Below, in pieces: positions 1-8,488 of a stretch of DNA of 37,606 nucleotides; the stretch's first letter is position 1; each line of letters begins with the position of its first letter. This stretch comes from Erysipelotrichaceae bacterium (GTDB taxonomy: Bacteria > Bacillota_I > Bacilli_A > Erysipelotrichales > Erysipelotrichaceae): contig JBAVGP010000188.1 in NCBI GenBank assembly GCA_049684955.1, positions 1 through 37,606 on the forward strand. Direction: 5' to 3'. The position numbers and the translations under genes are program-made. Below the pieces are notes generated by a model. That model saw only the letters and a list, made by a program, of their open reading frames with translations. It did not search any database and was not told the origin of the DNA.

Positions 1-1358
1 ACATTGTAGTATTCTGTGGAACTGACGCGAATGATCCCTCCGTAATACTCGATTGGCCCAAATCTTCCATCGAGGACGATATGTCCTTCAGTATCAATCA
101 AACCATACTTCCCATTAGGAAACTTTACTGGGATGAATTTCGAGTTATCTTTGATCGTCGACTCCCTCATTTCAAGTTTATCAGCGAATCTGGTCATTTC
201 AGCCACACAAGCAGGTGCATCGAGGAAATTGTTGTAATTGTTGGCATAATAGTAGTCGTTTGTAAAACCAACTCTTTTTTCTTGGAATATTGTGACATAC
301 GGGACATAATAGCCCTTGGCTTCGATGCCGGCCTGATGGGCCATCGCACTGAGTTCTTTCTGCAGATAAAGCGCGCACATGGCGATGAATCCCGTCGTTG
401 CGGCGACCGTGATCCATTTCCGTTTATCGTAGAGATCCAAGATCGCCGGAAGGATCAGCACCGCAAGGAAGAATCCGTAGATCGAAATGCGGGCGCCGAT
501 CAGATCGTCGAAACGCAGGATGAAGAAGAACGAAATCCCGATGATGTAGGAATTCATCACATAAGCGGGCAGCACCCCTTTTTTCATCAGCGGATCATAA
601 TGATACAGCACGATGAAGATCAGAAACAAGCGCGGCAAGGATTTGATATCCCAGAATCCGAACGGTGCCGTGGCCGGGTCGATATACGACGCGACGCGGG
701 CGAACACAGGAATCTTGGCGATCAGAAGCGCGATGTTTCCGACCGGCAAGAGCGATACCAATAAAGCACCGAGCACGACATAGGTCAGTTTCTTCCTATC
801 CCACTTCAACTGATCCGCCAGCAGGAAGACCAGATAGAAGATCGCGGTGATATGCAACAGGCAAAGCGATCCGATGATAAGCAGCTTCGTCCGGAACTTC
901 CATTGGAACTGTTGGTTGAAGAGCAGGAAACAGCCGATCGTGATGACCAGTCCCTGACGTAGGGAACTCAGGTTCCAAACCATGAAGAAGAAGGAATAAT
1001 ATACCAGATAGGACAGCGATACGGATTTGGCGTTCTTCTGGATCCAGAAATACATCAAGGTCATGATCAATATCGCGATCGATGCCACGAAGGCTTCATA
1101 GGGCAGATGGAGGAATCGGAAAGGAAACATCAGGAGTTTGAATCCGATCTCCTGATCTTTCAAGGTGGAAAATAATTTTAGGATCGATGATTTGGAGGAC
1201 AGATAATAAAGATAGGAGTACGAGAAGTAATCAGAACCCGCACCGAAGCGGAAAATCGCCATCAAACCCAAAGCGACCGAATTCAGGATCCCTTTGATGC
1301 GATTGTCGATTTTCAGCGGATGAAGCGCCAACGGCACAAGAAACATCAGATAATACAT
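1..1358 (-). CDS. EpsG-family (Wzy-like) polysaccharide polymerase, 3' end cut by window edge; soluble C-terminal tail with WG/KWG-like repeat
   Basis: Absent from the ORF track because it has no stop in the window. My reverse-complement translation from the ATG at 1358 stays open to position 1: MYYLMFLVPLALHPLKIDNRIKGILNSVALGLMAIFRFGAGSDYFSYSYLYY... The protein is multi-TM and hydrophobic. FRFGAGSDYFSY resembles the EpsG-family G-x-D-x-x-x-Y motif. The last ~45 aa (FPNGKYGLIDTEGHIVLDGRFGPIEYYGGIIRV) are WG-repeat-like. The ATG lies 2 nt after the stop of the upstream GT4. The plus ORF 81..764 is its antisense shadow. Confidence 0.7.
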   Translation of the reverse strand, partial: MYYLMFLVPLALHPLKIDNRIKGILNSVALGLMAIFRFGAGSDYFSYSYLYYLSSKSSILKLFSTLKDQEIGFKLLMFPFRFLHLPYEAFVASIAILIMTLMYFWIQKNAKSVSLSYLVYYSFFFMVWNLSSLRQGLVITIGCFLLFNQQFQWKFRTKLLIIGSLCLLHITAIFYLVFLLADQLKWDRKKLTYVVLGALLVSLLPVGNIALLIAKIPVFARVASYIDPATAPFGFWDIKSLPRLFLIFIVLYHYDPLMKKGVLPAYVMNSYIIGISFFFILRFDDLIGARISIYGFFLAVLILPAILDLYDKRKWITVAATTGFIAMCALYLQKELSAMAHQAGIEAKGYYVPYVTIFQEKRVGFTNDYYYANNYNNFLDAPACVAEMTRFADKLEMRESTIKDNSKFIPVKFPNGKYGLIDTEGHIVLDGRFGPIEYYGGIIRVSSTEYYN

Positions 1359-1360
1359 CG

Positions 1361-2557
1361 TTACTCCCCAACCTTTCCTTGGATGCGTTGATACTGGTCG
1401 ACATAGGCCAGCGCGGAAACCTGTTTGTCCATGCGTGAGAAATCCTGATCCCACGGCAGATCGGACGGCGTTGTACGCAACAGGGTAAGCAGTGCGTCGA
1501 GCGCTCCTTTAGGTACCAGGCGTACGTAAGGATCGTCCCCCATCTCGGGAATCCCGCCGGTGCGATAAGCGATGACCGGGGTGTGGCAAGCCAGCGATTC
1601 CAACACGACGGTCGGATAGTTGTCTTCATAACTGGGTACGACGGTGACATCCGCCATCGCATAGAAAGCCGCGAGTTCATCGACGGAATTCGTCCGTTGG
1701 ATTCCGAGTATGTTGGCAGGAAGTTGCGCGAGCTGGTTCTTAGCCAGCCCGATCAGGATCAGTTTTTCATCGTCGTTCAATCGGTTGGATAAGGCGAGCA
1801 GGTCATCAAGACCTTTCCTGCGATCCCAAACCATCGCGACGGAAACATAGACGCGTTTCCCTTCCAATCCGTATCGACTGCGCAGATCGGAGGGCACCGG
1901 TCTGAATTTCGTCAGGTCGATCCCGTTATTGATCACTTCGACCGGATAGACACCGAGGAACGATTGCTTCACCAAGTCTTTCAGCCAAAGCGAGGGTGTG
2001 ATGATCGTCAGGTTCTTGAAATCCGAAAACAGTTCTTTTTTCGATGCGAGATTTTGTCTTGAATGGTCCAGCAGCCAGCTTTCGGGATAATCATGCAGCC
2101 GCGGACAACTCCCGCAGGCGTATTTCCAGCGATCGCACTTCGGAAAATCGAAATAAGCGCAATGCCCGGTGAAACTCCAACAGTCATGCAGGGTCCATAC
2201 GACCGGGATGTTCTTATATTTCAGATACCGCATCAGCATCCCGATATTCAGATAGTAACCGTGGATATTGTGAAGATGCACCAGATCGGGTTGATAGGCG
2301 TCGATCATCGCGCAGAATTCGCGTGTCGCTTGTTTGCCCATCGTTCCGTGCCTGTCGAATACGCGGGTCATGAAGACATCCGCGAGGATGTTTTTCATCA
2401 AACCGATGCGATAGACGTTATCGCAGTTTTTGGCTTCGTTACGGCCAAAAGCGATCATGGAGACATGACCGTTCGCGGTTAATTCATGATGGATATCGGT
2501 GGCGATGCGACCGGTGCTTCCGACGCCACAGACCGAGTTGACTTGCAGGATACGCAT
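1361..2557 (-). CDS. GT4-family glycosyltransferase (second transferase of the polysaccharide locus)
   Basis: 398-aa ORF starting MRILQVNSVCGVGSTGRIATD, with a C-terminal GT-B/GT4-like E-x7-E region (PSYEDNYPTVVLESLACHTP). Its start overlaps the fnlC stop by 1 nt (TAATG). Confidence 0.85.
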   Translation of the reverse strand: MRILQVNSVCGVGSTGRIATDIHHELTANGHVSMIAFGRNEAKNCDNVYRIGLMKNILADVFMTRVFDRHGTMGKQATREFCAMIDAYQPDLVHLHNIHGYYLNIGMLMRYLKYKNIPVVWTLHDCWSFTGHCAYFDFPKCDRWKYACGSCPRLHDYPESWLLDHSRQNLASKKELFSDFKNLTIITPSLWLKDLVKQSFLGVYPVEVINNGIDLTKFRPVPSDLRSRYGLEGKRVYVSVAMVWDRRKGLDDLLALSNRLNDDEKLILIGLAKNQLAQLPANILGIQRTNSVDELAAFYAMADVTVVPSYEDNYPTVVLESLACHTPVIAYRTGGIPEMGDDPYVRLVPKGALDALLTLLRTTPSDLPWDQDFSRMDKQVSALAYVDQYQRIQGKVGE

Positions 2558-3684
2558 TATTTATCCCACACGACGCGGTTGATATAATCGGTATAGGAGA
2601 GGATGATACGGACGACTTTGTCGGAGACGTTGGGCATACTGTAGTCGCTAACCTGTCTGAAGGATGAGGGATCCTGTTGGTCAAGCAATGCAAGGCCTTG
2701 TAAGACACGTTCGGGATTCAATCCGACCATCATGACCGTACCCTCTTCCATCGCTTCAGGACGCTCGTGGGCTTGTCGTATGTTCAGCGAACGGAGCTTC
2801 AGGATCGAGGTTTCCTCACTGATCGTCCCGCTGTCGCTCAACACCGCTTTGGCGCTTTTCTGCAGTTTGACATAATCGATGAAGCCTAGTGGCTTTAATA
2901 GAGAAATCAGCGGATGGAAGGTGATGCCCTTCGCTTCCACCATCTTGCGGGTCCGCGGATGGGTCGAGAAGATGATCGGGAGCTGATAGGTTTCCGCGAC
3001 CGTGTTCAAGGTCTTCACCAGATTCATGAAGTTCTCTTGAGAACTGATGTTTTCTTCGCGATGGGCGGAAACGACGAAGTATTGCCCTTCCTTCAAATCC
3101 AATCGGCTTACTACGTCGGATTTTTCGATCTCATCCATCTTTTCGCTGAGCACTTCGAACATCGGCGATCCCGTCTTGATGATACGGTCGGCAGGCAAGC
3201 CTTCACGCAGCAGGTATTCGCGGGCGATATCGCTGTAAGTCAGATTCATGTCGGAGATATGGTCGACGATCTTGCGGTTGGTCTCTTCCGGCACATGCTG
3301 GTCGAAACAACGGTTGCCGGCTTCCATATGGAAAATCGGGATGTGTTTGCGTTTGGCCGCGATAGCGCACAGACAGCTGTTGGTATCACCCAGGATCAGC
3401 ACCGCATCCGGTTTCACTTCATCCATCACAGCGTCGATCTTGATCAGGATGTTCCCGATGGTCTCGATCGCGCTGCCGACCGCCGCATCCAAAAAATAAT
3501 CCGGTTTTCTCAACGCGAAATCCTTGAAGAAGACTTCATTGAGTTCGTAGTCATAATTCTGCCCGGTATGGACCAGAATGTGCTCGATGGGGACGGCGGC
3601 TTCCAGTTTCTTGATGACGGAAGACAGCCGGATGATTTCCGGACGTGTGCCGACGATGGTCATGACTTTGAGTTTTGCGGACAT
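2557..3684 (-). CDS. fnlC: UDP-N-acetylglucosamine 2-epimerase, non-hydrolysing (FnlC/Cap5G type)
   Basis: KLKVMTIVGTRPEIIRLS, HTGQNYDY, LGDTNSC and HMEAGNRCFD are near-identical to Cap5G/FnlC motifs as I recall them. I trimmed the start to the ATG at 3684 (MSAKLKV), preceded by GGAGG; it lies 1 nt after the fnlB stop. Confidence 0.9.
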   Translation of the reverse strand: MSAKLKVMTIVGTRPEIIRLSSVIKKLEAAVPIEHILVHTGQNYDYELNEVFFKDFALRKPDYFLDAAVGSAIETIGNILIKIDAVMDEVKPDAVLILGDTNSCLCAIAAKRKHIPIFHMEAGNRCFDQHVPEETNRKIVDHISDMNLTYSDIAREYLLREGLPADRIIKTGSPMFEVLSEKMDEIEKSDVVSRLDLKEGQYFVVSAHREENISSQENFMNLVKTLNTVAETYQLPIIFSTHPRTRKMVEAKGITFHPLISLLKPLGFIDYVKLQKSAKAVLSDSGTISEETSILKLRSLNIRQAHERPEAMEEGTVMMVGLNPERVLQGLALLDQQDPSSFRQVSDYSMPNVSDKVVRIILSYTDYINRVVWDK

Positions 3685-3685
3685 G

Positions 3686-4795
3686 CTACACCTCCTGGTA
3701 ATAGGTATCGGGATGATTGGGGTCAAAGACTTCGGTCGACCAGAACAAGGTGATCAGGTCCTGGTCGGATGTATTGGTGATGCTGTGGGTATACCCGGTC
3801 GGGATATCCAATACTTCGGGCTTGTCGCCATCGACCGGATAGACGATGATATCATGCGAGAAGATATGACGGAAACGTATTTCACCTTTTCCGTGGACCA
3901 CCAGGAACTTCTCGGCTTTGGTATGGTGCCAATGATTGCCCCGGGTTATTCCGGGAAACGTCTTGGACACGAATACCTGGCCGAAATCAGGCGATTTGAT
4001 GAACTCCGCCAGCCAGCCGCGGTTATCAACGTTCTGTTTCAAAAGGTAATTGAAGTTGTCCGTTTCCAGATAGGAAAGATAGGTCCCGTAGAGCTGACGA
4101 TCGAAACGGCTGGTGAAAACCGGCAGGTTCAGATTGTCGCGCGTCGCACGGAACGCATAGAGTTTATCGGATAATTCCTGTAATGTGACCGTGACCGTCC
4201 AAGGGATGACACAGAATTTTCCGTTATAGATGGCATGGCCGTGCAATACTTCGACGAACTCATGGACCACGTCGTCGATATGGCAAAGTTCCAAGGTCGC
4301 CGCCGGATTGGAAATCTGGATGGGCAGATCATGGCTGATGTTATGGCAGAACGTCGCGACGACCGAGTTGTAGTTCGGACGCGACCATTTCCCGAACAGA
4401 TTGGCCAAACGATAGACATAGATCGGCGCCCGCTGCGTTTCGCGGTAATGGAACATCAGATCTTCGCCGGCTTTCTTGCTTATCCCATAAGGATTATCCA
4501 AGGCTGCCTGGATCGAGGAAGTGATCACGATCGGCGATTTGTTGCTGTGGCTGATCATCAGCTGAAGGAGCGTGCTCGTGAAACCGAAATTCCCGCTCAT
4601 GAACTCTTCCGTGTTCTGCGGACGGTTGACGCCGGCCAAATGGAAAACGAACTCGCACTCTTGGGTGAAGCGGTCGAGCTCTTCGGGTGTGGTTTCCACA
4701 TCCGCTTCGAATATCTCGTGGGTTTTCAGAGCGTTCAGCGTCGCGATCAGATTCTTGCCGACGAAGCCTTTCGCCCCGGTGACCAATATCTTCAT
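3686..4795 (-). CDS. fnlB: UDP-L-FucNAc pathway reductase (FnlB/Cap5F type; SDR plus C-terminal cupin)
   Basis: 369 aa. MKILVTGAKGFVGKNL, HLAGVNRP, NLFGKWSRPNYNSVVATFCHNI and GITRGNHWHHTKAEKFLVVHGKGEIRFRH match Cap5F/FnlB. There is an ATGA overlap with the fnlA stop. Confidence 0.9.
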   Translation of the reverse strand: MKILVTGAKGFVGKNLIATLNALKTHEIFEADVETTPEELDRFTQECEFVFHLAGVNRPQNTEEFMSGNFGFTSTLLQLMISHSNKSPIVITSSIQAALDNPYGISKKAGEDLMFHYRETQRAPIYVYRLANLFGKWSRPNYNSVVATFCHNISHDLPIQISNPAATLELCHIDDVVHEFVEVLHGHAIYNGKFCVIPWTVTVTLQELSDKLYAFRATRDNLNLPVFTSRFDRQLYGTYLSYLETDNFNYLLKQNVDNRGWLAEFIKSPDFGQVFVSKTFPGITRGNHWHHTKAEKFLVVHGKGEIRFRHIFSHDIIVYPVDGDKPEVLDIPTGYTHSITNTSDQDLITLFWSTEVFDPNHPDTYYQEV

Positions 4796-5808
4796 CGTTT
4801 ATTCCAGCTTTCCAATTCTTCTTTGACATAGTCGAGCTGAAGCAGACGTTGTTTGATTTCCTCTATGTTCAAGCGTTGGGTATTATGCGAATTGTATTCA
4901 TGGTCCTGGGATAGTTTGACATCCCCTTCCACGAAGAATTTATCATAGTTGAGATCGCGTTTGTCGGCCGGGACACGATAGAATCCGCCCATGTCTTCCG
5001 CGACCAGGAATTCTTCCTTCGTCAACAGGGTTTCATAGAGCTTTTCGCCATGCCGTGTTCCGATGACGCGGATCTCCACATCCGAATGAAACAACTCCTT
5101 GACGGCTTGGGCGAGATCGCCGACGGTCGACGCAGGGCTTTTCTGCACCATGATATCGCCGGCCTGGGCATGTTCATACGCGAAGAGGACCAATTCGACC
5201 GCTTCGTCAAGGCTCATCAGGAAACGGGTCATATTGGGGTCGGTGACGGTCAACGGTTTGTTTGCTTTGATCTGATCGATGAATAAAGGAATGACGGATC
5301 CACGCGAAGCCATCACGTTCCCGTAACGGGTTCCGCAGATGACGGTCTTGTCGCTGGTCTTCGATTTCGCGACGAACACTTTCTCCATCATCGCTTTGGA
5401 AATGCCCATCGCGTTGATCGGATAAGCGGCTTTATCGGTTGAAAGACAGATGACTTTCTTGATGCCTGCCTCGATGGCGGCTGTCAATACGTTGTCCGTA
5501 CCCATTACATTGGTCTTGACGGCTTCCATCGGGAAGAATTCGCAGGACGGTACTTGTTTCAGCGCCGCCGCATGGAACAGATAATCCACTCCGTACATCG
5601 CGTTCTTGATGGATGAAATATCGCGTACATCGCCGATATAGAACTTCAGACGGTCGCTGTTATACAGTTTCCGCATATCGTCCTGTTTCTTTTCATCCCG
5701 CGAGAAGATGCGGATTTCCTTGATGTCGGTATTCAGGAAGCGTTTCATGACCGCATTCCCGAATGATCCCGTCCCTCCGGTGATAAGAAGTGTTTTATTT
5801 TTGAACAT
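4792..5808 (-). CDS. fnlA: UDP-GlcNAc 4,6-dehydratase/5-epimerase (FnlA/Cap5E type)
   Basis: MFKNKTLLITGGTGSFGNAVMKRFL, IRIFSRDEKKQDDMRK, HAAALKQVPSCEFFPMEAVKTNVMGT and STDKAAYPINAMGISKAMMEK are classic CapE/FnlA strings. I trimmed the start to the ATG at 5808, which has an AAGGAG RBS. Confidence 0.92.
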   Translation of the reverse strand: MFKNKTLLITGGTGSFGNAVMKRFLNTDIKEIRIFSRDEKKQDDMRKLYNSDRLKFYIGDVRDISSIKNAMYGVDYLFHAAALKQVPSCEFFPMEAVKTNVMGTDNVLTAAIEAGIKKVICLSTDKAAYPINAMGISKAMMEKVFVAKSKTSDKTVICGTRYGNVMASRGSVIPLFIDQIKANKPLTVTDPNMTRFLMSLDEAVELVLFAYEHAQAGDIMVQKSPASTVGDLAQAVKELFHSDVEIRVIGTRHGEKLYETLLTKEEFLVAEDMGGFYRVPADKRDLNYDKFFVEGDVKLSQDHEYNSHNTQRLNIEEIKQRLLQLDYVKEELESWNKR

Positions 5809-7003
5809 AGTTCTCCTTCCGCGTCGCAATCTTTTCGATCTGCGCTAAAATCGTATCATAGAATTGTTCTTTGTGAAAATGCAGGTCGTAATAATTACGC
5901 GCGTTTTCACCATCGATCCGAACTTGATCCCGGTTGCGGCAGTAATACAGGATCTGCTCGGCCAACCCCTTGGAATCGCCGCTTGCGACGACGCGTCCGC
6001 CTTGGCTTTCTCTGATCACTTGCGCGGTCTCGCCGCCCACCGCTCCGACGATCGGACGACCGGAAGCCATATAGGTCTGCACTTTCCCGGGTAATGTCAG
6101 GGAAACCACCGGATCATCGAACAAGGTCACCAGGAACACATCGGCTTCCTGATAGAAATCAGGCATCTTCTCCAACGGATGGGAGCCCGCAAAATGCACA
6201 TTCTTCAATGCCATCGAGGTTGCCAGATCCATTAACCGGTCGACATCGGAACCCGAACCGACCAGTTCGAAACGGATATCTTTTTCATTCTCAAGAAGTT
6301 TCGCCGCATCCAAGATCGTCTCGATGCTTTGCGCCTTGCCCATATTTCCCGCAAACAGACAAATGAATTCTTTCTGCGGTATTTTGGGCGTCAGACGGAA
6401 TTGATCTTCGGCATATTGAGGTAAATGCACGATTTCTTTGCCTAATCCGGTGAAACGGTTGAGATAGACGTTGAACGAAGCGGAACTGACCCATTGGACA
6501 TCGGCTTTACGATAGATCCAGCGGCTTACGTTCGTGACCAGTTTGAAGAAGAGCGAGTTTTGCTTGATGCCCAAAGTCGTGATACTGTCGGGCCATAGGT
6601 CGAAGGTATACATGACCAGCGGGATTTTGTGGGTCCATTTGACGACGATCGCCGGCAAGGCCATCAAGATCGGCGAAAGCTGATAGACGATCACCAGATC
6701 GTACTCCTTATGCAGAAACAACGCTTTGATTGACGCATTGAGCGCATAGCTGAGATAGTTAAGCGACAGGTACAGCTTGCCGGTTTTGCGTCCGATCAGC
6801 GGGACACGGATCACATTGACGCCGTTGATCACCTGATTGCGGTTCTTCCCGTGTTTATAGTCTTCCAATATTTCCCCTTCGGGATAGTTCGGCAAACCGG
6901 TAAGGACATCCACCTCATAGCCGCGCTTGAAAAGTTCCTCGGCAAGTTCCGTGACTTTGAATCGTTCGGGGTGGTAATACTGGCTGACCAACAGAATCTT
7001 CAT
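5795..7003 (-). CDS. GT4 glycosyltransferase, WbuB/Cap5L-like (probable L-FucNAc transferase)
   Basis: 402 aa. MKILLVSQYYHPERFKVTELAEELFKRGYEVDVLTGLPNYPEG is the typical WbuB-type N-terminus. The gene sits immediately upstream of fnlABC. Confidence 0.8.
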   Translation of the reverse strand: MKILLVSQYYHPERFKVTELAEELFKRGYEVDVLTGLPNYPEGEILEDYKHGKNRNQVINGVNVIRVPLIGRKTGKLYLSLNYLSYALNASIKALFLHKEYDLVIVYQLSPILMALPAIVVKWTHKIPLVMYTFDLWPDSITTLGIKQNSLFFKLVTNVSRWIYRKADVQWVSSASFNVYLNRFTGLGKEIVHLPQYAEDQFRLTPKIPQKEFICLFAGNMGKAQSIETILDAAKLLENEKDIRFELVGSGSDVDRLMDLATSMALKNVHFAGSHPLEKMPDFYQEADVFLVTLFDDPVVSLTLPGKVQTYMASGRPIVGAVGGETAQVIRESQGGRVVASGDSKGLAEQILYYCRNRDQVRIDGENARNYYDLHFHKEQFYDTILAQIEKIATRKENYVQK

Positions 7004-7887
7004 TTGTTTCTCCGCTTCTTATATTCTTCGCATTCGATGCGAATGCCTTCCTCAAAAGTCATCGGATCATATCCGAAATCACGCGTCGCAGCGTCATGCG
7101 GATACGCTTTGTCTTCCTGCATACGCTGCACTTGTTCGACCGAGATCAAGGCCCGTTTGAACAAGGTATTGTAAATGCGGGCCAGGAAGATCGAGAGGTT
7201 CAGCGGGATCGGGATGAAAATCGTATGTCTCTTTAGATTTTTCGCGACCAGTTTCAGCATATCCCGGTATTTGATCGGCTGTGCGCCGGAAAGGACATAT
7301 TCCTTGCCTTGGGTTTCAACCGGATGGTTCAGGATCTGCAGATAGGCTTTCGCCAGATCGCTGCCCGCAACCGGACGCATCAGATTGTTTCCGGCACCGA
7401 AGATCGGGAAGAAAACATGGGTGTCGATATATCCGATCAGACGGCTGATGTTCTTGTCCATCCGCGATCCGTAGATCATCGTCGGATAGACGACGGTCAG
7501 TTTGATTTTGTCTTGTTTGGATAACAGCTCTTCATCGATCTTCAGATAAAGCTCCGCGGCGCTTTTGAACCCCGAGAATTTCCCCGTCGTCTGGACACTG
7601 ATCATCCAGTTCACCCCGGCAGCGATGGCTGCGTCGGCGACTTTATGGGAGAGCGTATTGGGGGCGATATGCAGCAACGTATCGACGCCCTGTAAAGCAT
7701 CCGTCATACTGTTGAGATCCGCGAAATCCGCGTCGACATAGTCGATATCCAATTTCAATCCGTCGAGTTGGCGGATATCGCTGGATGCCCGTTTGATTCC
7801 TCTGATTTTCCCCTGATATCCAATTTCCTCAAGATCCTTAAGAAAATAATAGGCGGAATGTCCGGATACGGCTGTGATGGCTAACAT
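7000..7887 (-). CDS. Atypical NAD(P)-binding SDR (epimerase/dehydratase superfamily); possible 4-ketoreductase for the initiating 6-deoxy-HexNAc
   Basis: I trimmed the start to the ATG at 7887 (MLAITAVSGHSAYYF), which has a GGAGGA RBS and lies 1 nt after the sugar-transferase stop. The Rossmann-like N-terminus has a degenerate glycine motif (TAVSGHSA). PTMIYG and RPVAGSDLAKAY resemble NDUFA9/YbjT-like atypical SDRs. It sits between the initiating transferase and WbuB. Confidence 0.65.
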   Translation of the reverse strand: MLAITAVSGHSAYYFLKDLEEIGYQGKIRGIKRASSDIRQLDGLKLDIDYVDADFADLNSMTDALQGVDTLLHIAPNTLSHKVADAAIAAGVNWMISVQTTGKFSGFKSAAELYLKIDEELLSKQDKIKLTVVYPTMIYGSRMDKNISRLIGYIDTHVFFPIFGAGNNLMRPVAGSDLAKAYLQILNHPVETQGKEYVLSGAQPIKYRDMLKLVAKNLKRHTIFIPIPLNLSIFLARIYNTLFKRALISVEQVQRMQEDKAYPHDAATRDFGYDPMTFEEGIRIECEEYKKRRNK

Positions 7888-7888
7888 T

Positions 7889-8488
7889 TCAGTCCTCCTT
7901 GCGATCGTGGGCGCCTTCTTTGACGCCTTCGGAACGCAAAACGCTGAAAATCGTCTTGAAGAAGATTTCCGCATCGAAGCGTAGACTCATACGTTTGACA
8001 TACTCGCCGTCAAGTTTCGCTTTGACATCGATCGGCAATTCGTCGCGTCCGTTGATCTGCGCCCATCCGGTAAGTCCCGGACGCACATCGTTGGCACCGT
8101 ATAAATCACGTTCGGCGATCAGATCGAACTGATTCCATAACGCCGGACGGGGTCCGATGACCGACATCTGACCGAATAGAATATTGAAGAGCTGGGGCAG
8201 TTCATCCAGGCTTGTCTTGCGTAAGAACGCGCCTGATTTCGTGATGAAGCGAGTCGCATCCGACAACAGATGCGTCGGCGTATCTTTGGGGGTATCGGTC
8301 CGCATCGTGCGGAACTTGTAGATCAGGAATGTCGCTTTGTTTATGCCGACGCGTTTCTGAGTGAAAAAGACCGGACCTTTCGAATCCAGTTTGATCCAGA
8401 GCGCGATGAAAATCAGCAAGGGCGAGAGGACCAGGATTCCGCCCAGCGACAGGATGAAATCAATCCATCGTTTCATTGTCTTGGACAT
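7889..8488 (-). CDS. Undecaprenyl-phosphate sugar-phosphate transferase (bacterial sugar transferase family, PglC/Cap5M-like)
   Basis: KRWIDFILSLGGILVLSPLLIFIALWIKLDSKGPVFFTQKRVG, YKFRTM, DELPQLFNIL, MSVIGPRP and GLTGWAQINGR are hallmark motifs. I trimmed the start to the ATG at 8488, which has an AAAGGAG RBS. Confidence 0.88.
   Translation of the reverse strand: MSKTMKRWIDFILSLGGILVLSPLLIFIALWIKLDSKGPVFFTQKRVGINKATFLIYKFRTMRTDTPKDTPTHLLSDATRFITKSGAFLRKTSLDELPQLFNILFGQMSVIGPRPALWNQFDLIAERDLYGANDVRPGLTGWAQINGRDELPIDVKAKLDGEYVKRMSLRFDAEIFFKTIFSVLRSEGVKEGAHDRKED

Noticed and set aside
81-764. A 227-aa plus-strand ORF. Similar long plus-strand ORFs are antisense to minus-strand genes: 2914..3753, 3578..4174, 4235..4831, 15576..16292, 16541..17617, 17978..18592, 20673..21218, 21391..22032, 21555..22172, 32477..33109 and 36415..36966.
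   Set aside because: Their translations are Arg/Asp/His/Gly/Gln-rich with no recognisable motifs, RBS or operon logic. Each lies opposite a gene with strong family signatures. For 16541..17617 I checked the phase: its codons coincide exactly with those of lgt on the other strand. It is therefore open simply because TTA, CTA and TCA codons are rare in the sense gene. These are shadow ORFs caused by codon bias, not overlapping genes.
1-1360. The apparent lack of any long ORF in the track made me suspect a pseudogene or an alternative genetic code (for example TGA = Trp).
   Set aside because: Manual translation of the minus strand from the ATG at 1358 gives an uninterrupted membrane-protein frame to position 1. 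It is missing from the track only because it has no stop inside the window. Long intact genes such as uvrA (942 aa) show that the standard code applies.
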